Assembly (NCBI GenBank): GCA_040904565.1
Contig: JBBDTI010000091.1
Span: 1-60,358, forward strand
DNA: 60,358 nucleotides
Direction: 5' to 3'
Source: Rhodothermales bacterium
GTDB taxonomy: Bacteria; Bacteroidota; Rhodothermia; Rhodothermales; VXPQ01
In this document: positions 20,333 through 30,263 of the stretch, piece after piece
How positions within the stretch are numbered: the first letter of the stretch is position 1
Layout of the letters: each line of letters begins with the position of its first letter
Translations under genes and position numbers: made by a program
The notes under the pieces: model-generated
What the model saw: the letters and a program-made list of their open reading frames with translations, nothing else
The model's database searches: none
Told to the model about the DNA's origin: nothing

Positions 20333-21811
20333 TCAAGAGAGGCGTCGCCGGATGGCCTCGATCCCCTTATCGACGTCTTCCCGCGTGTACAGTCCCAGCA
20401 CCCGAATCAGGGGGATGTAGGTCACGATCAGTACGACGCGCGCGGCGAGACGCGGTCCTACGTCCCATTCCAGCGTCGGATACGCCGCCAACCAGAGCAC
20501 GACGATGATCGTAACGGATATCCATACGACCCTCCATGGATATCCCACACGAATCTGCCGTTCCGCCACGCGAGCCGAAAGGGCCGCCAGCAGAGCGTAC
20601 GACATCGTCGTGGCGACGGCGGCGCCGTAGGCTCCCAGGAAGGGGATCAGGGCGACGTTCAGGACCGCGTTCGTGCCCGCGGCGATCAGCACGTTGAATC
20701 CCACGACGTGCGTGAGCTCCGTCGCGTACAGGATGTTGTTCACCACGATATAGATCCCGTATCCGAGAAACCCCAGCGCGATCGGCAGCACCATGACGTC
20801 GGATTGCAGGTAGTAGCGGTCGACCCCGAACGCTTCCGTGAGAAACAGCGTGAGGTCGTACGACAGCAGCGAGAGGCCCAGAACGGCCCACCCCGTCCAT
20901 ATCGTGTAGTGCCGGAAGGTCCGCCTGTGAAGACTCCGGTCGCCCGCTCCCACGGCCTTGAGCCCGATAACCGTGAACGCCAGCTGAAAGCTCTGCACGA
21001 AGAGCATGTTGACGGCTCCACCCAGGCGTGCGGCCCAGCCGTATACGCCCACCGTTTCCGCATCGGTGAGCCACTTCAGCAGATAGCGGTCGCCGACATT
21101 CAGAAAGAGACCGGCCACGGCGGACAGCACGAGCGGCACGCCGAAGCGAAGGAGATCGCGCACGAGGCGTCCGTCGAATCGCCACGCGACCTGTGTCAGG
21201 AGAAAGGCCGTCAACACGTTGGCGCTCACGGCCGCCGACGCCACGTAGGCGATCATGACACCTTCGAGCGCCATGCCTCGTACGGCAAGGAAGTAATAGA
21301 CACCTGCTACGAGCACCGTCCATTCGGCGGCCACTCCGATGGTATACCACCCCGCCCGCTCGCGAACGCGCAGCAGCATATAGGGCACGGTGGTGACGAC
21401 TTTCAGCGCCGCATATCCCCCCATGAGCCGAGGCAGCACGACGCGTGTTGCGTCATCTACCAGGAACGCTCCCAGTGCGGGCGCGGCCAGCCAGACGACC
21501 CCGAACACGATAGCTCCGAGTGCGGCCGAAAGGAGCAGCGTGGTAAACGGCACGGCCTCGGTCGGACGCTCGTCGCCCGGATCCGACATGAACTTGAGCA
21601 TGCCCGTGGCCAGGCCCATCCCGGCGACCGGAATCAAAATCTGCGCCGTCGCCTCGAGGAGGACCAGGTGGCCGTAGGCGGCCGTCGACAGGTACGCCGT
21701 GTTGAGGTACAGGGGAGCCAGGATGAGCCCCGCCATCTTGATCGCCGCGTTCCCGATGGCGTAGAGGCCGGTCTGCCGTATGACGCGGAGGAGCCCGCTA
21801 TCGTCGGACAT
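20333..21811 (-). CDS. Wzx-type oligosaccharide flippase
   Basis: About 12-14 TM helices; FGVPL, DRYLL, VGVYG, LIPFLGAYGAAVAT. Confidence 0.88.
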   Translation of the reverse strand: MSDDSGLLRVIRQTGLYAIGNAAIKMAGLILAPLYLNTAYLSTAAYGHLVLLEATAQILIPVAGMGLATGMLKFMSDPGDERPTEAVPFTTLLLSAALGAIVFGVVWLAAPALGAFLVDDATRVVLPRLMGGYAALKVVTTVPYMLLRVRERAGWYTIGVAAEWTVLVAGVYYFLAVRGMALEGVMIAYVASAAVSANVLTAFLLTQVAWRFDGRLVRDLLRFGVPLVLSAVAGLFLNVGDRYLLKWLTDAETVGVYGWAARLGGAVNMLFVQSFQLAFTVIGLKAVGAGDRSLHRRTFRHYTIWTGWAVLGLSLLSYDLTLFLTEAFGVDRYYLQSDVMVLPIALGFLGYGIYIVVNNILYATELTHVVGFNVLIAAGTNAVLNVALIPFLGAYGAAVATTMSYALLAALSARVAERQIRVGYPWRVVWISVTIIVVLWLAAYPTLEWDVGPRLAARVVLIVTYIPLIRVLGLYTREDVDKGIEAIRRRLS

Positions 21812-21885
21812 TTAGTACTTTACGGTTACTGTATATCCAGCGGCGCGTCGACGCGCCGCGATCTCGTCGGACTGCCGTCGCGGGG

Positions 21886-23016
21886 TCAATCCTTCCGGGC
21901 CAGCAGGTCGGCCATCTCGCGCTTGAACCGATCGTGAGGCATCGTTAGGGGTATGCGTACCAGGTTGCAGCGGGCGTCTGCCAGCACCCCCCGAAGCAAG
22001 GCCTCCCATCGATCCACGGTGCGGCGCAGCGTGAGGGACGCCGTTCGCCCCATTACGGACCGGTTGAACGCGTGCCAGTGCAGGTGATTGTGGAAGGGAT
22101 AGTACTCCGCCTGCATCAATGCCGTGCTCATCGAGGCCGCCTGCGACGCATCGAGGTCCGTCACGGAGACGTCCGACCGGTCCTCCCGCGCGAGAACGAC
22201 GTAGCGGTGCAGCGGACCCCCGTCCCGGTCGTACGAACCGTAGAGCACGTCCGGCGCGATGCGACGCCGGACGTACTGCGGGCCGCGACGGCGGTGAAGC
22301 GCCCAGTGCAGGCGATCGACGGCACCCCGACCGGCCAACAGCCGCTCGGCCAGCGAAGGATTGTCCTCCAGGTTATATGCATAAATCTTCGGATAGGCGA
22401 GATTTGGCCACACGTGGCCTCCATCGTCCACAAAGGCGATGTCGTCAGCCAGAAACCGAAAGCCGTGATGCATGCACAGCTCCAGCGCGAGCGACGTCTT
22501 GCCCACGCCTCCCGTACCACCGACCAGCGTGACACGTCCGTCCCTATCAGAAAACGCCGATGCGTGCACGACGGCCAGATCCGACGTCCAGTACGCTGCC
22601 GGCACCAGCACCATCTCGTGAAACATCACGCCTGTCCGCTCCTCCCGCGAGCTGAACTGCATGTCGAGCATGCGCCGGACGTGCGTCACGAGCGCCGAGT
22701 TCGCGCTCGTCGGATGAAAGTCGATGGCCGCCAGCCGCGGCCCGTCCATCCGGACGCGCACCGTGGCCATGCGGTGCCGCATGACGAACCCGTCTTTGAG
22801 CTCGACGTGGTTGCGAGGGTTTACGAGTCCACCGCCCGGCACGTCGACGGGACGGTACCGGACGGTGAGATCCGGCACTCCGTCTCCCGCCCGCGGGTAG
22901 CGGGACAGCTCCTCGCGGAGGATGTCGGCTCCACGCGCCGTTCGGGAATCGTACTCGACGCGCACGCGGCGCCCCAGCATCTCATACGTCGCGCTGCGGT
23001 CAGGAGACATCGCCAT
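21886..23016 (-). CDS. HPr-kinase-like P-loop protein of unknown function
   Basis: VVHASA, GGTGGVGKTS (Walker A), FLADD. Confidence 0.65.
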   Translation of the reverse strand: MAMSPDRSATYEMLGRRVRVEYDSRTARGADILREELSRYPRAGDGVPDLTVRYRPVDVPGGGLVNPRNHVELKDGFVMRHRMATVRVRMDGPRLAAIDFHPTSANSALVTHVRRMLDMQFSSREERTGVMFHEMVLVPAAYWTSDLAVVHASAFSDRDGRVTLVGGTGGVGKTSLALELCMHHGFRFLADDIAFVDDGGHVWPNLAYPKIYAYNLEDNPSLAERLLAGRGAVDRLHWALHRRRGPQYVRRRIAPDVLYGSYDRDGGPLHRYVVLAREDRSDVSVTDLDASQAASMSTALMQAEYYPFHNHLHWHAFNRSVMGRTASLTLRRTVDRWEALLRGVLADARCNLVRIPLTMPHDRFKREMADLLARKD

Positions 23017-24085
23017 GGCGGTCGGTCAGATGGTGCATGATGGCGAGGAGATCCCTGCGACGGCTGTCGATGTGGAACTCCTTTTCGATGTGGGCGCGCG
23101 CGGCTTCCCTGAGCTCGGCCGGCGCCTGGAGGGCGGCCCGCACGGCCGCACTGACGTCCTCCGCGTGCGGTTTCTCCACCACCCATCCCGCGTCGCCGAC
23201 GCCGTCCGGAATGCCGAAAGCGCGGCTCCCCACGGGGATGCAGCCGCAGAGCATGGCCTCGCAGAGCACGTTCGGAAGGCCCTCCGCCCTGGAGAGCTGA
23301 AGATACACCGACGTCTCGTGATAGTGATCCACGAGGGCCGACCGCTCGACGGGCTCTATCAGCTCGACGTTTGCCGGCGGGTCGAAGCGAGCGACGACCG
23401 AAGAGGGATCAACGACCCCAATGACGCGAAATTGAACGTCCGGCATCCCGCGCGCCGTCTCGAAAAATACGTCGAGGCCCTTGCGCCGAAGCGTCCGCTC
23501 CGAATCGAACAGACCCACCGTGCTGACGATATCCTCACGATCGGAAGGCCCCAGGGTCCAGAGGTCGGGATCGTAACCCGTCGGCAGCACCTGGATCTCG
23601 GTACGCGTATCGGGTAGCAACGCGCGGATGCCCTGCTCCGTCTCTCTGGGCCACTCGGAATAGCTGTTCCGGGAGTAGACCAGTGATGGTGACACGGGCA
23701 GCAGCACGTCCGCCGATCGGATGACGATGCGGGTGAGCGGCCACCGCCAGGAACTCAGTACGACCCCGTACCGAAGCGAGGGCAGCGAGATGGCATCGAA
23801 GCCCCCTACCGCCACCGCGACGGGCCTGCGAAACAGGCGGGCCACGACGACCGGCAGCACCATGTGATAGTCGGCGAACCAGCCGTAGACGCCTCTGGCG
23901 CGCGGCATCTCGCGCAGGAGCCAGAACAATTGCCTGACCATCAAGGCCGCCAGGCCGAGCGGGCCGGGACGGGCCTCCCCTGCCGCCTGAAAGCGCACGA
24001 GCTCGTACTCCTCCGCCAGGATGCGGAGGTCTTCCCGAACGAAGGAGCTCGGGTGCAGGTAGATGAAGAGCAGTTTCGGCTTCAC
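23000..24085 (-). CDS. Glycosyltransferase family 4
   Basis: RKGLD and EGLPNVLCEAMLCG (EX7E) motifs. Confidence 0.9.
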   Translation of the reverse strand: MKPKLLFIYLHPSSFVREDLRILAEEYELVRFQAAGEARPGPLGLAALMVRQLFWLLREMPRARGVYGWFADYHMVLPVVVARLFRRPVAVAVGGFDAISLPSLRYGVVLSSWRWPLTRIVIRSADVLLPVSPSLVYSRNSYSEWPRETEQGIRALLPDTRTEIQVLPTGYDPDLWTLGPSDREDIVSTVGLFDSERTLRRKGLDVFFETARGMPDVQFRVIGVVDPSSVVARFDPPANVELIEPVERSALVDHYHETSVYLQLSRAEGLPNVLCEAMLCGCIPVGSRAFGIPDGVGDAGWVVEKPHAEDVSAAVRAALQAPAELREAARAHIEKEFHIDSRRRDLLAIMHHLTDRHGDVS

Positions 24086-25152
24086 GCGGTCGGTGTCTCT
24101 AGCAGAAGGTCGACGATGCGGCGGGAGGCGCCCGGCTCCGCGAACGTCGGCACGGGCGGATCGGGGCGCGTGCGTACGGCTTCAGCGATGCGACCGGGAT
24201 CCGCTCCAACGACCTGATTCCAGCCCCCTTTAAGCGTTTCGATCCACTCCGTCTCGTCACGCAGCGTGACGCACGGAACGCCCAGCCAGAGCGCCTCCTT
24301 CTGAAGTCCGCCCGAGTCCGTCAACACGGCGCGGGCGTGCCGCACGAGCTCCAGCATGTCCAGGTACCCTAGCGGTTCGACCACTTCGACGTTCCCGGGA
24401 AGGTGGATGTCCGCCAGCCGGCTGCGCGTCCGCGGATGCAGGGGCAGGACGACGGGCAGGTCGAGCCGGCCGAATCCCTCGAAGATACCCGCGAGGCGGT
24501 TCGGATCGTCGGTGTTCTCCGCCCGGTGCACCGTGGCGGCGTAATATTCGCCCGCGGCGGGACCGGCAGAGGCGCCGGCCGGCGCGCCCGCGCTCGAGCG
24601 GCGCTCGGCGAGATCCCCGAAAAGGCGCGTCGCATCGAGCATGACGTCTCCCGTTAGATGCACGCCCTCCGTCACACCCTCCGCGCGCAGGTTTTCCACG
24701 GATGACCGCGTCGGGCAGAAAAGCAGGCTCGAGAGGCGATCCGTCACGATGCGGTTGATCTCCTCGGGCATGCGCCGGTTGAAGGATCGGAGTCCGGCTT
24801 CCACGTGTGCCAGGGGAAGATGGAGCTTCGACGCCACGAGGGCCCCGGCCAGTGTGCTGTTGGTATCTCCGTAGACCATCACCCAGTCGGGCGGGGTGCC
24901 ATCCATCAGATACGCTTCCAGGGCGATCATCATCTCCCCCGTCTGCACGGCGTGCGACGCCGAACCGACACCGAGATTGACCTCCGGCTCCGGAATGCCC
25001 AGCTCGTCGAAAAAGATCGCGCTCATCTCGGGATCGTAATGCTGTCCGGTGTGAACGAGGGATTCGTGGACGCCGGCTTCCACGAGCTCGCGGCTGACGG
25101 CGGCGGCCTTGACGAACTGCGGGCGTGCACCGATGATGGTTACGATACGCAT
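24082..25152 (-). CDS. wecB: UDP-N-acetylglucosamine 2-epimerase (non-hydrolysing)
   Basis: GARPQFVK, HTGQHYD, GDTNST, HVEAGLRS, MPEEINR, TDSGGLQKEA. Confidence 0.95.
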   Translation of the reverse strand: MRIVTIIGARPQFVKAAAVSRELVEAGVHESLVHTGQHYDPEMSAIFFDELGIPEPEVNLGVGSASHAVQTGEMMIALEAYLMDGTPPDWVMVYGDTNSTLAGALVASKLHLPLAHVEAGLRSFNRRMPEEINRIVTDRLSSLLFCPTRSSVENLRAEGVTEGVHLTGDVMLDATRLFGDLAERRSSAGAPAGASAGPAAGEYYAATVHRAENTDDPNRLAGIFEGFGRLDLPVVLPLHPRTRSRLADIHLPGNVEVVEPLGYLDMLELVRHARAVLTDSGGLQKEALWLGVPCVTLRDETEWIETLKGGWNQVVGADPGRIAEAVRTRPDPPVPTFAEPGASRRIVDLLLETPTA

Positions 25153-25203
25153 GGGTGTCGGTGCGGATGCGTTACGGCGCGGATGAGTAATGTTGCGGTC
25201 GAA

Positions 25204-26523
25204 CTAATGTGGGGAGGTATCCGGAAGCATGCTGGACAGCATGTCGGCCAGCTTCCGCGTCTGCTCACGCCGACTGTACCGCGCCGCCCGTTCGGGGCGT
25301 GCGCCGGTAAGGCCTCTGCCGGACTTCCACGCGTTGTAGCTGGCGCGAAGGTAGGCGTGTACGCCGGCCACGTCGTCGAAGCCGAACATGCGTCCCGCAT
25401 CGGTCGCACCGAGGACGCGCGCAGCGTCTCCGGCGGGCGGGCCGATTCCGAGGACCGGTCTTCCGCTGGCGACGTATTCGTACAGCTTCCCGGTGACGAT
25501 GCCCTCGGCCCCTTCTACCCGGTTGATGCACAGAAGCAGGAGCGTCGCTTCGTGCATGAGCGCGATCGCCTTCTCATGCGGCACGTACGCCGACGTCTCG
25601 ATGAGGTGATCGAGTCCATAAGCCGCCGCTGCCTGCAGCACGGCCGGTTCTACGTTACCCGTGAAAACCAGCCGAAGCTCCGGCATTGTCTCGTCCGGTC
25701 GAAGCGCTGCGAGCGCCTTCCAGAGCACGGTCGGATTGCGGGCCTGATTGAGGCTGCCCACGTGACGGACGACGAAGCGATCCTCCGGCGGCCCCGCATC
25801 GATTTCTTCCACGTCTGCCGGATCGAAACCGTTCTCGATCACCTTGAGGGGCAGGCGTGCGCGTTCCAGCAGACTGCGCCCCATCGACTCACTGACGACC
25901 GTCCCCGCACTGGCGTTGTTGAGGACGAGCCCTTCCATCCAGGCGTCGACGGCCCGCGCGAGCGGCGACATCGGAAGATCCGCATAGTAATCGATTCCCG
26001 TCCACGGATCGCGCAGATCGACGAGCCACGGCGTCCCATGCATCAGGTGCAGCAGGAGTCCGGCCAGGTGCGTCGAATGCGGCGGCCCCGTCGTAAGCAT
26101 GGCGTCGAATCCATCCCTTTCGAGGAGCGCGTGGCCCCTCGCGGCGGCAAAGGGTACCCAGCCTACGCGGGCGTCGGGCAGAAACACGTTCGCGCGAACC
26201 CACCGTGCGATGCGCTGGCGAAAGTTCGTCTCCGCCTCCCCGAGAAATCCGACCGACACCACGTCCTGCTTCGAGCGGCCCAGCACGTTCGCATACATGG
26301 CGTACGGATCCCACGCGTACGTGCGCTCTACCCGCGTCGACGGGGGTACGTCGCGCATCAACGCCGGATCGAGATCGGGATAGGAAGCATGTTCGGGGCG
26401 AACGGTCACGACCGTCGGATTCCAGCCGAAGTCGGCCAGATACTTCACGAACTTCAGGCTGCGCTGTACGCCGGGCCCGCCGGAGGGCGGAAAATAGTAC
26501 GATATGAACAGAAGCTGCTTCAT
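25204..26523 (-). CDS. Glycosyltransferase family 4
   Basis: YYFPPSGGPGVQR, TGPPHS, DLRDPW, NGFD, GKLYEY. Confidence 0.9.
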   Translation of the reverse strand: MKQLLFISYYFPPSGGPGVQRSLKFVKYLADFGWNPTVVTVRPEHASYPDLDPALMRDVPPSTRVERTYAWDPYAMYANVLGRSKQDVVSVGFLGEAETNFRQRIARWVRANVFLPDARVGWVPFAAARGHALLERDGFDAMLTTGPPHSTHLAGLLLHLMHGTPWLVDLRDPWTGIDYYADLPMSPLARAVDAWMEGLVLNNASAGTVVSESMGRSLLERARLPLKVIENGFDPADVEEIDAGPPEDRFVVRHVGSLNQARNPTVLWKALAALRPDETMPELRLVFTGNVEPAVLQAAAAYGLDHLIETSAYVPHEKAIALMHEATLLLLCINRVEGAEGIVTGKLYEYVASGRPVLGIGPPAGDAARVLGATDAGRMFGFDDVAGVHAYLRASYNAWKSGRGLTGARPERAARYSRREQTRKLADMLSSMLPDTSPH

Positions 26524-26567
26524 GACAACCGGAAGCTGGATGGCGAGGGGCGAGCAAGATCCGTCAT

Positions 26568-29078
26568 CTATTCGTCATGCTGTGCGTTCCCGTCGTCCTT
26601 CCGTCGCCGGCGGTACCACTGGAAACCGAGAAGTCCGAGCGTCAAACCGTATACGAACACCGTCGATACGGCACTGATGCGAACCCCGATGCGGTGGCTG
26701 GAGGGATCGAAGCGCAGCTCGACGCGGTGTGAACCTTCCGGAACGGGAACGGCACGCAGCAGGTGGTTTGCGCGGTAGATCGGCGCGTCCTCCCCGTCGA
26801 CCGTCGCGTCCCAGCCGGCCGGATAAAACATTTCACTGAGGATAAGGAGCCGCGGTGCATCCGTCTCGGCGTCCAGCACGATCTCATCCGGCGCGTAGGA
26901 TACCATGTCGACGCGTGCCGTGCTCGAGGAATCGATGGGCACCGGATCGATGTCGACGGACTCATACAATACGGCCGTGCGACGCGGATCGAAATCTGCA
27001 CCGCGGAGGCGCTCGTAGGCCGCCTCCGGACCGTCCGCCATCTCGATCTCTCCAACGAGGAAGGCCCGCGGCAGGGCATCGGGATTCTCCAGCACGTACA
27101 TCCCCGTCTGCTCGCTCTGGTAGACGACCTCCGTACCCGGCAGTGCGCCTCGGGCGATGACGTACCGCGTGTTGAGAAGGTCCAGCGCATTCTCGTTGGG
27201 CCCACCGGTCGCCGGGTCCACGAAAAGCTCGTCGATATACTCCTGAATCAACCGAAGCTTGGCACCGTGATAGCCGCCGATGGATTCGTAGTGATATGAA
27301 GGACGGGCATTCTGAAAGGGCGATCCGGTTTCGAGGGACAGCACCCGGAACCGGCCCATGCCCCCGGCGGCCTCCTCGCGCTGGTTGATAAACTCGTCGA
27401 AATCGTACGTTGCGATACGGTCTTCGACCTCGCCGGCGCGGACCAGGTGATCGTCGTTGAAGTAGCGCCTTCCGACGCCCCACAGGTCGACGACCACGAG
27501 CAGCACGATGGCCGCCTGCATGGCCCAGCGGGGCAGATTGCCCTTACGAAACAGAAGGATCGAGACCGCGGCGAGAAAGACGAAGATGAGGGACCGCAGC
27601 ATGTCGGTCTGGAACGTCTCGATGCGCGACGCGCGCTGCTCCTCCAGATACGCCTCGACGCTAGACCGTACCCGCGGGTCGTCCGGCGACACGTCGGGGT
27701 TCTCCGCCAGCAGCTGCTGCGTCACCTGCGCCGCCTCATTCGGGCGGTCGAAATCGAAGAGCGCGCCCGGTACGAGCCAGAAGAACAGCAGGATGGCCGC
27801 CACACCCCCGGCAGCGGCGTAGACGGCCTTTCCGCCCTTTTCGCTCGTATCCGTGCCCACGGCGTGCAGCCCGAACGCACCAAGTACGGCGAGCGCGAAC
27901 GCCACGGCGCTGAGCCACGTCTCCGGCACGCGGAAAGCGTTGAAAAGGGGAAAGTATGCGTACATAAACCGGTTGAGCAGCTCGAAATGGCTTCCGAGCG
28001 AGAAAAGCGTCATCAGTCCGGCCCCCACCGCGAACGCCAGCACGACGTTGCGCCGAACGCGCCACACGGCGACGATGGCCAGAAAAAAGACGGTAGCGCC
28101 GACGTAGTGCGTACCCTGAGTAAACGCTTTCGGACCCCAGTAGCCCGGACTCGCCCCGCCGAACGCGTCGGCCGCAATCAGGGTGATCAGCTCACCGACG
28201 CCCTGACTCCATCCCATCGCGTACGACCAGTCGAGGCCCGAGGCGGCCGATCCCTCCGTACCCCGGATCGTGAACTGCTTGTATTCGAACTGGGCGAGAT
28301 AGGGCTGCGCCACGAGAAGCAGACCCAGCACGGATCCCAGCACCAGGTATCCGGTCGCCGTAGCCATGGGCTTCCACTCCTTCCGACGGAAGGCACCGAC
28401 CAGCTCGACGACCCACCAGACGCCCAGCAAAAACGTCAGGTAATAGGTGATCTGGACGTGCCCTGCCCGCAGATTTACTCCAACCGCGATGGCAAACAGC
28501 AAGGCGGACAGGAGCTTCGGATTTCTCAATACGTACGCGAAGGCCAGCGCGAGCCAGGGCGAGTAGCAGAGCGTAATAAACTTCGAGTTGTGTCCGGCCA
28601 CGAGGATGACCGCCAGGTACGTCGTCAGACCGAAGGCCACGGCCCCCATGACGCCGGCCAGACGGTTCTCCGTCAAGAAGAAGACGAGCAGGTAGGTCCC
28701 GACGAGCAGAAAGAAGAAATGCGAGACGGGCCAGACGACGTCGCGAAGCAGCGTCGGGATGACGTCGATCTGAGGCACGACGTCCTCGTACGAAATCATG
28801 TAAGCCGGCATGCCGGCGAATGCATTGGGCGCCCACAGCGCCCGCTCGCCCGTCCGTTCCTCGTATTCGATCACGTATTCCGCCATCGCCCGCCAGTTCA
28901 CCGTATCGCCGCCGATGAGCGACAGCCCGGAAAACACGACCGGGCCGTAGAAGCCGAGTGCGACGATCAGCAGGACGGCGACGGCTATCCCGTGCCGCGT
29001 ACGCCCGGGAAGGCGATCCCACCACCCCTCGGCGGCAAGATCCGGCGGGCCGGCATGTTTAGCTTTACGGGCCATCAT
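26568..29078 (-). CDS. YfhO-family membrane protein (GT-C type)
   Basis: W..FAGMP, GHNSK, HVQITYY, GYHGAKL, YPAGW and ANHLLRAVPVPEGSHRVE motifs; many TM helices. Confidence 0.85.
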   Translation of the reverse strand: MMARKAKHAGPPDLAAEGWWDRLPGRTRHGIAVAVLLIVALGFYGPVVFSGLSLIGGDTVNWRAMAEYVIEYEERTGERALWAPNAFAGMPAYMISYEDVVPQIDVIPTLLRDVVWPVSHFFFLLVGTYLLVFFLTENRLAGVMGAVAFGLTTYLAVILVAGHNSKFITLCYSPWLALAFAYVLRNPKLLSALLFAIAVGVNLRAGHVQITYYLTFLLGVWWVVELVGAFRRKEWKPMATATGYLVLGSVLGLLLVAQPYLAQFEYKQFTIRGTEGSAASGLDWSYAMGWSQGVGELITLIAADAFGGASPGYWGPKAFTQGTHYVGATVFFLAIVAVWRVRRNVVLAFAVGAGLMTLFSLGSHFELLNRFMYAYFPLFNAFRVPETWLSAVAFALAVLGAFGLHAVGTDTSEKGGKAVYAAAGGVAAILLFFWLVPGALFDFDRPNEAAQVTQQLLAENPDVSPDDPRVRSSVEAYLEEQRASRIETFQTDMLRSLIFVFLAAVSILLFRKGNLPRWAMQAAIVLLVVVDLWGVGRRYFNDDHLVRAGEVEDRIATYDFDEFINQREEAAGGMGRFRVLSLETGSPFQNARPSYHYESIGGYHGAKLRLIQEYIDELFVDPATGGPNENALDLLNTRYVIARGALPGTEVVYQSEQTGMYVLENPDALPRAFLVGEIEMADGPEAAYERLRGADFDPRRTAVLYESVDIDPVPIDSSSTARVDMVSYAPDEIVLDAETDAPRLLILSEMFYPAGWDATVDGEDAPIYRANHLLRAVPVPEGSHRVELRFDPSSHRIGVRISAVSTVFVYGLTLGLLGFQWYRRRRKDDGNAQHDE

Positions 29079-29082
29079 CGTG

Positions 29083-29370
29083 CTATTCGATCACCTTGGG
29101 AGCGCGGAAATACTCACTGTCGGCGTCGGGCGCATTCTCGAGCGCCTCGTCGCGCGTAATGCGCTGCTCCACCTCGTCGTCGCGCGTCACGTTGTACAGA
29201 TCCAGCACGTGCGACATGGGCGGCACGGCGGACGTGTCCAGCTCGTTGAGCTTATCCACGTAGTCAAGGATCTCGCTCATCTGACCGGCCAGGCGACGCT
29301 CCTCCTCATCCGTGAAGCGGAGCCGAGCCAGTGACGCGATATACTTGACTTCGTCTACAGTTACAGCCAT
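29083..29370 (-). CDS. gatC: Asp-tRNA(Asn)/Glu-tRNA(Gln) amidotransferase subunit C
   Basis: IASLARL, ILDYVDKLNELDT, NAP...YFRAPKVI. Confidence 0.95.
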   Translation of the reverse strand: MAVTVDEVKYIASLARLRFTDEEERRLAGQMSEILDYVDKLNELDTSAVPPMSHVLDLYNVTRDDEVEQRITRDEALENAPDADSEYFRAPKVIE

Positions 29371-29474
29371 ATGCCTTCGCGTAAAGTGCCCTACTTACCT
29401 TCGAAACTTGCTTTCCCGATTCGTCTTCGCAACGCATCTCCGCGATGCGCCTTCGCACGTTGTCTTCGCACGAA

Positions 29475-30263
29475 TCACGCCGTGTCGTCGGCAAATGACG
29501 GATCCAGCTGCGACTCCAGGCGTGCCCGGGTCGTATCCATCAGCTCCGGAAGGTCCCTCCGCCTGACGCCTTTAAGTTGAATCGGCTCTCCCACCACGAT
29601 GTGGATGGTACCTCCCCGAAGAAGGCGCTGCTTCTCGTTCATTCGTTTGTAGGCGTCCTGGATCGTAACGGGGACCATCTGGACGCCCGCCTCCACGGCG
29701 ATGGCGAAGGCACCTTTCTTTAGCGGTTTCAGAACGCGGCCGTACGACCGTGTGCCCTCTACGAACAACAGGACCGAATTTCCGGCCCGGATCCGCTCTC
29801 CGGCCTTCCGCAGGCTGCGCACTGCGCTTCGCGGATCACTCCGATCGATAAATACCGAAGCGGAATTTCGTATCGCAAGTCCGAGAAACGGAACGCGGGA
29901 AAGCTCGGCCTTGGCGACGAATCCAAAAGGATACGGAAGAGCCGCGCTCAATGCGAGAATGTCGAGCAGGTTTTGATGATTGCTCACAAAGACGCACGGA
30001 GCATCGCCATGCAGGTGAGCGCGATCGAACACACGAACTCGAAGCCCCGACAGTCGGAGGATGACCCCACCCCAGACCCGCGCATTGCGCTTAAAATTGC
30101 GAGCGGTAGGCTGGAACTGGTGCGTGATGAGCTGCGTGATGGCCATCGGAATCGTCCACATCGCAGCTACGAATGCAAACCACGCGAAATGCAGCCGCGC
30201 CGCGAGCGTCGGTTCGGGGCCGTCGTCGCAGGTCCCTGTATGGATGCGCGTACGCGAGGTCAT
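29475..30263 (-). CDS. plsC: 1-acyl-sn-glycerol-3-phosphate acyltransferase
   Basis: NHQNLLD (NHx4D), FVAKAEL, FIDR, EGTRS, KKGAF. Confidence 0.88.
   Translation of the reverse strand: MTSRTRIHTGTCDDGPEPTLAARLHFAWFAFVAAMWTIPMAITQLITHQFQPTARNFKRNARVWGGVILRLSGLRVRVFDRAHLHGDAPCVFVSNHQNLLDILALSAALPYPFGFVAKAELSRVPFLGLAIRNSASVFIDRSDPRSAVRSLRKAGERIRAGNSVLLFVEGTRSYGRVLKPLKKGAFAIAVEAGVQMVPVTIQDAYKRMNEKQRLLRGGTIHIVVGEPIQLKGVRRRDLPELMDTTRARLESQLDPSFADDTA

Noticed and set aside
29371-29474. Short cttcgc(acg) direct repeats between gatC and plsC
   Set aside because: Too short and irregular for a CRISPR array or iterons; could be chance.
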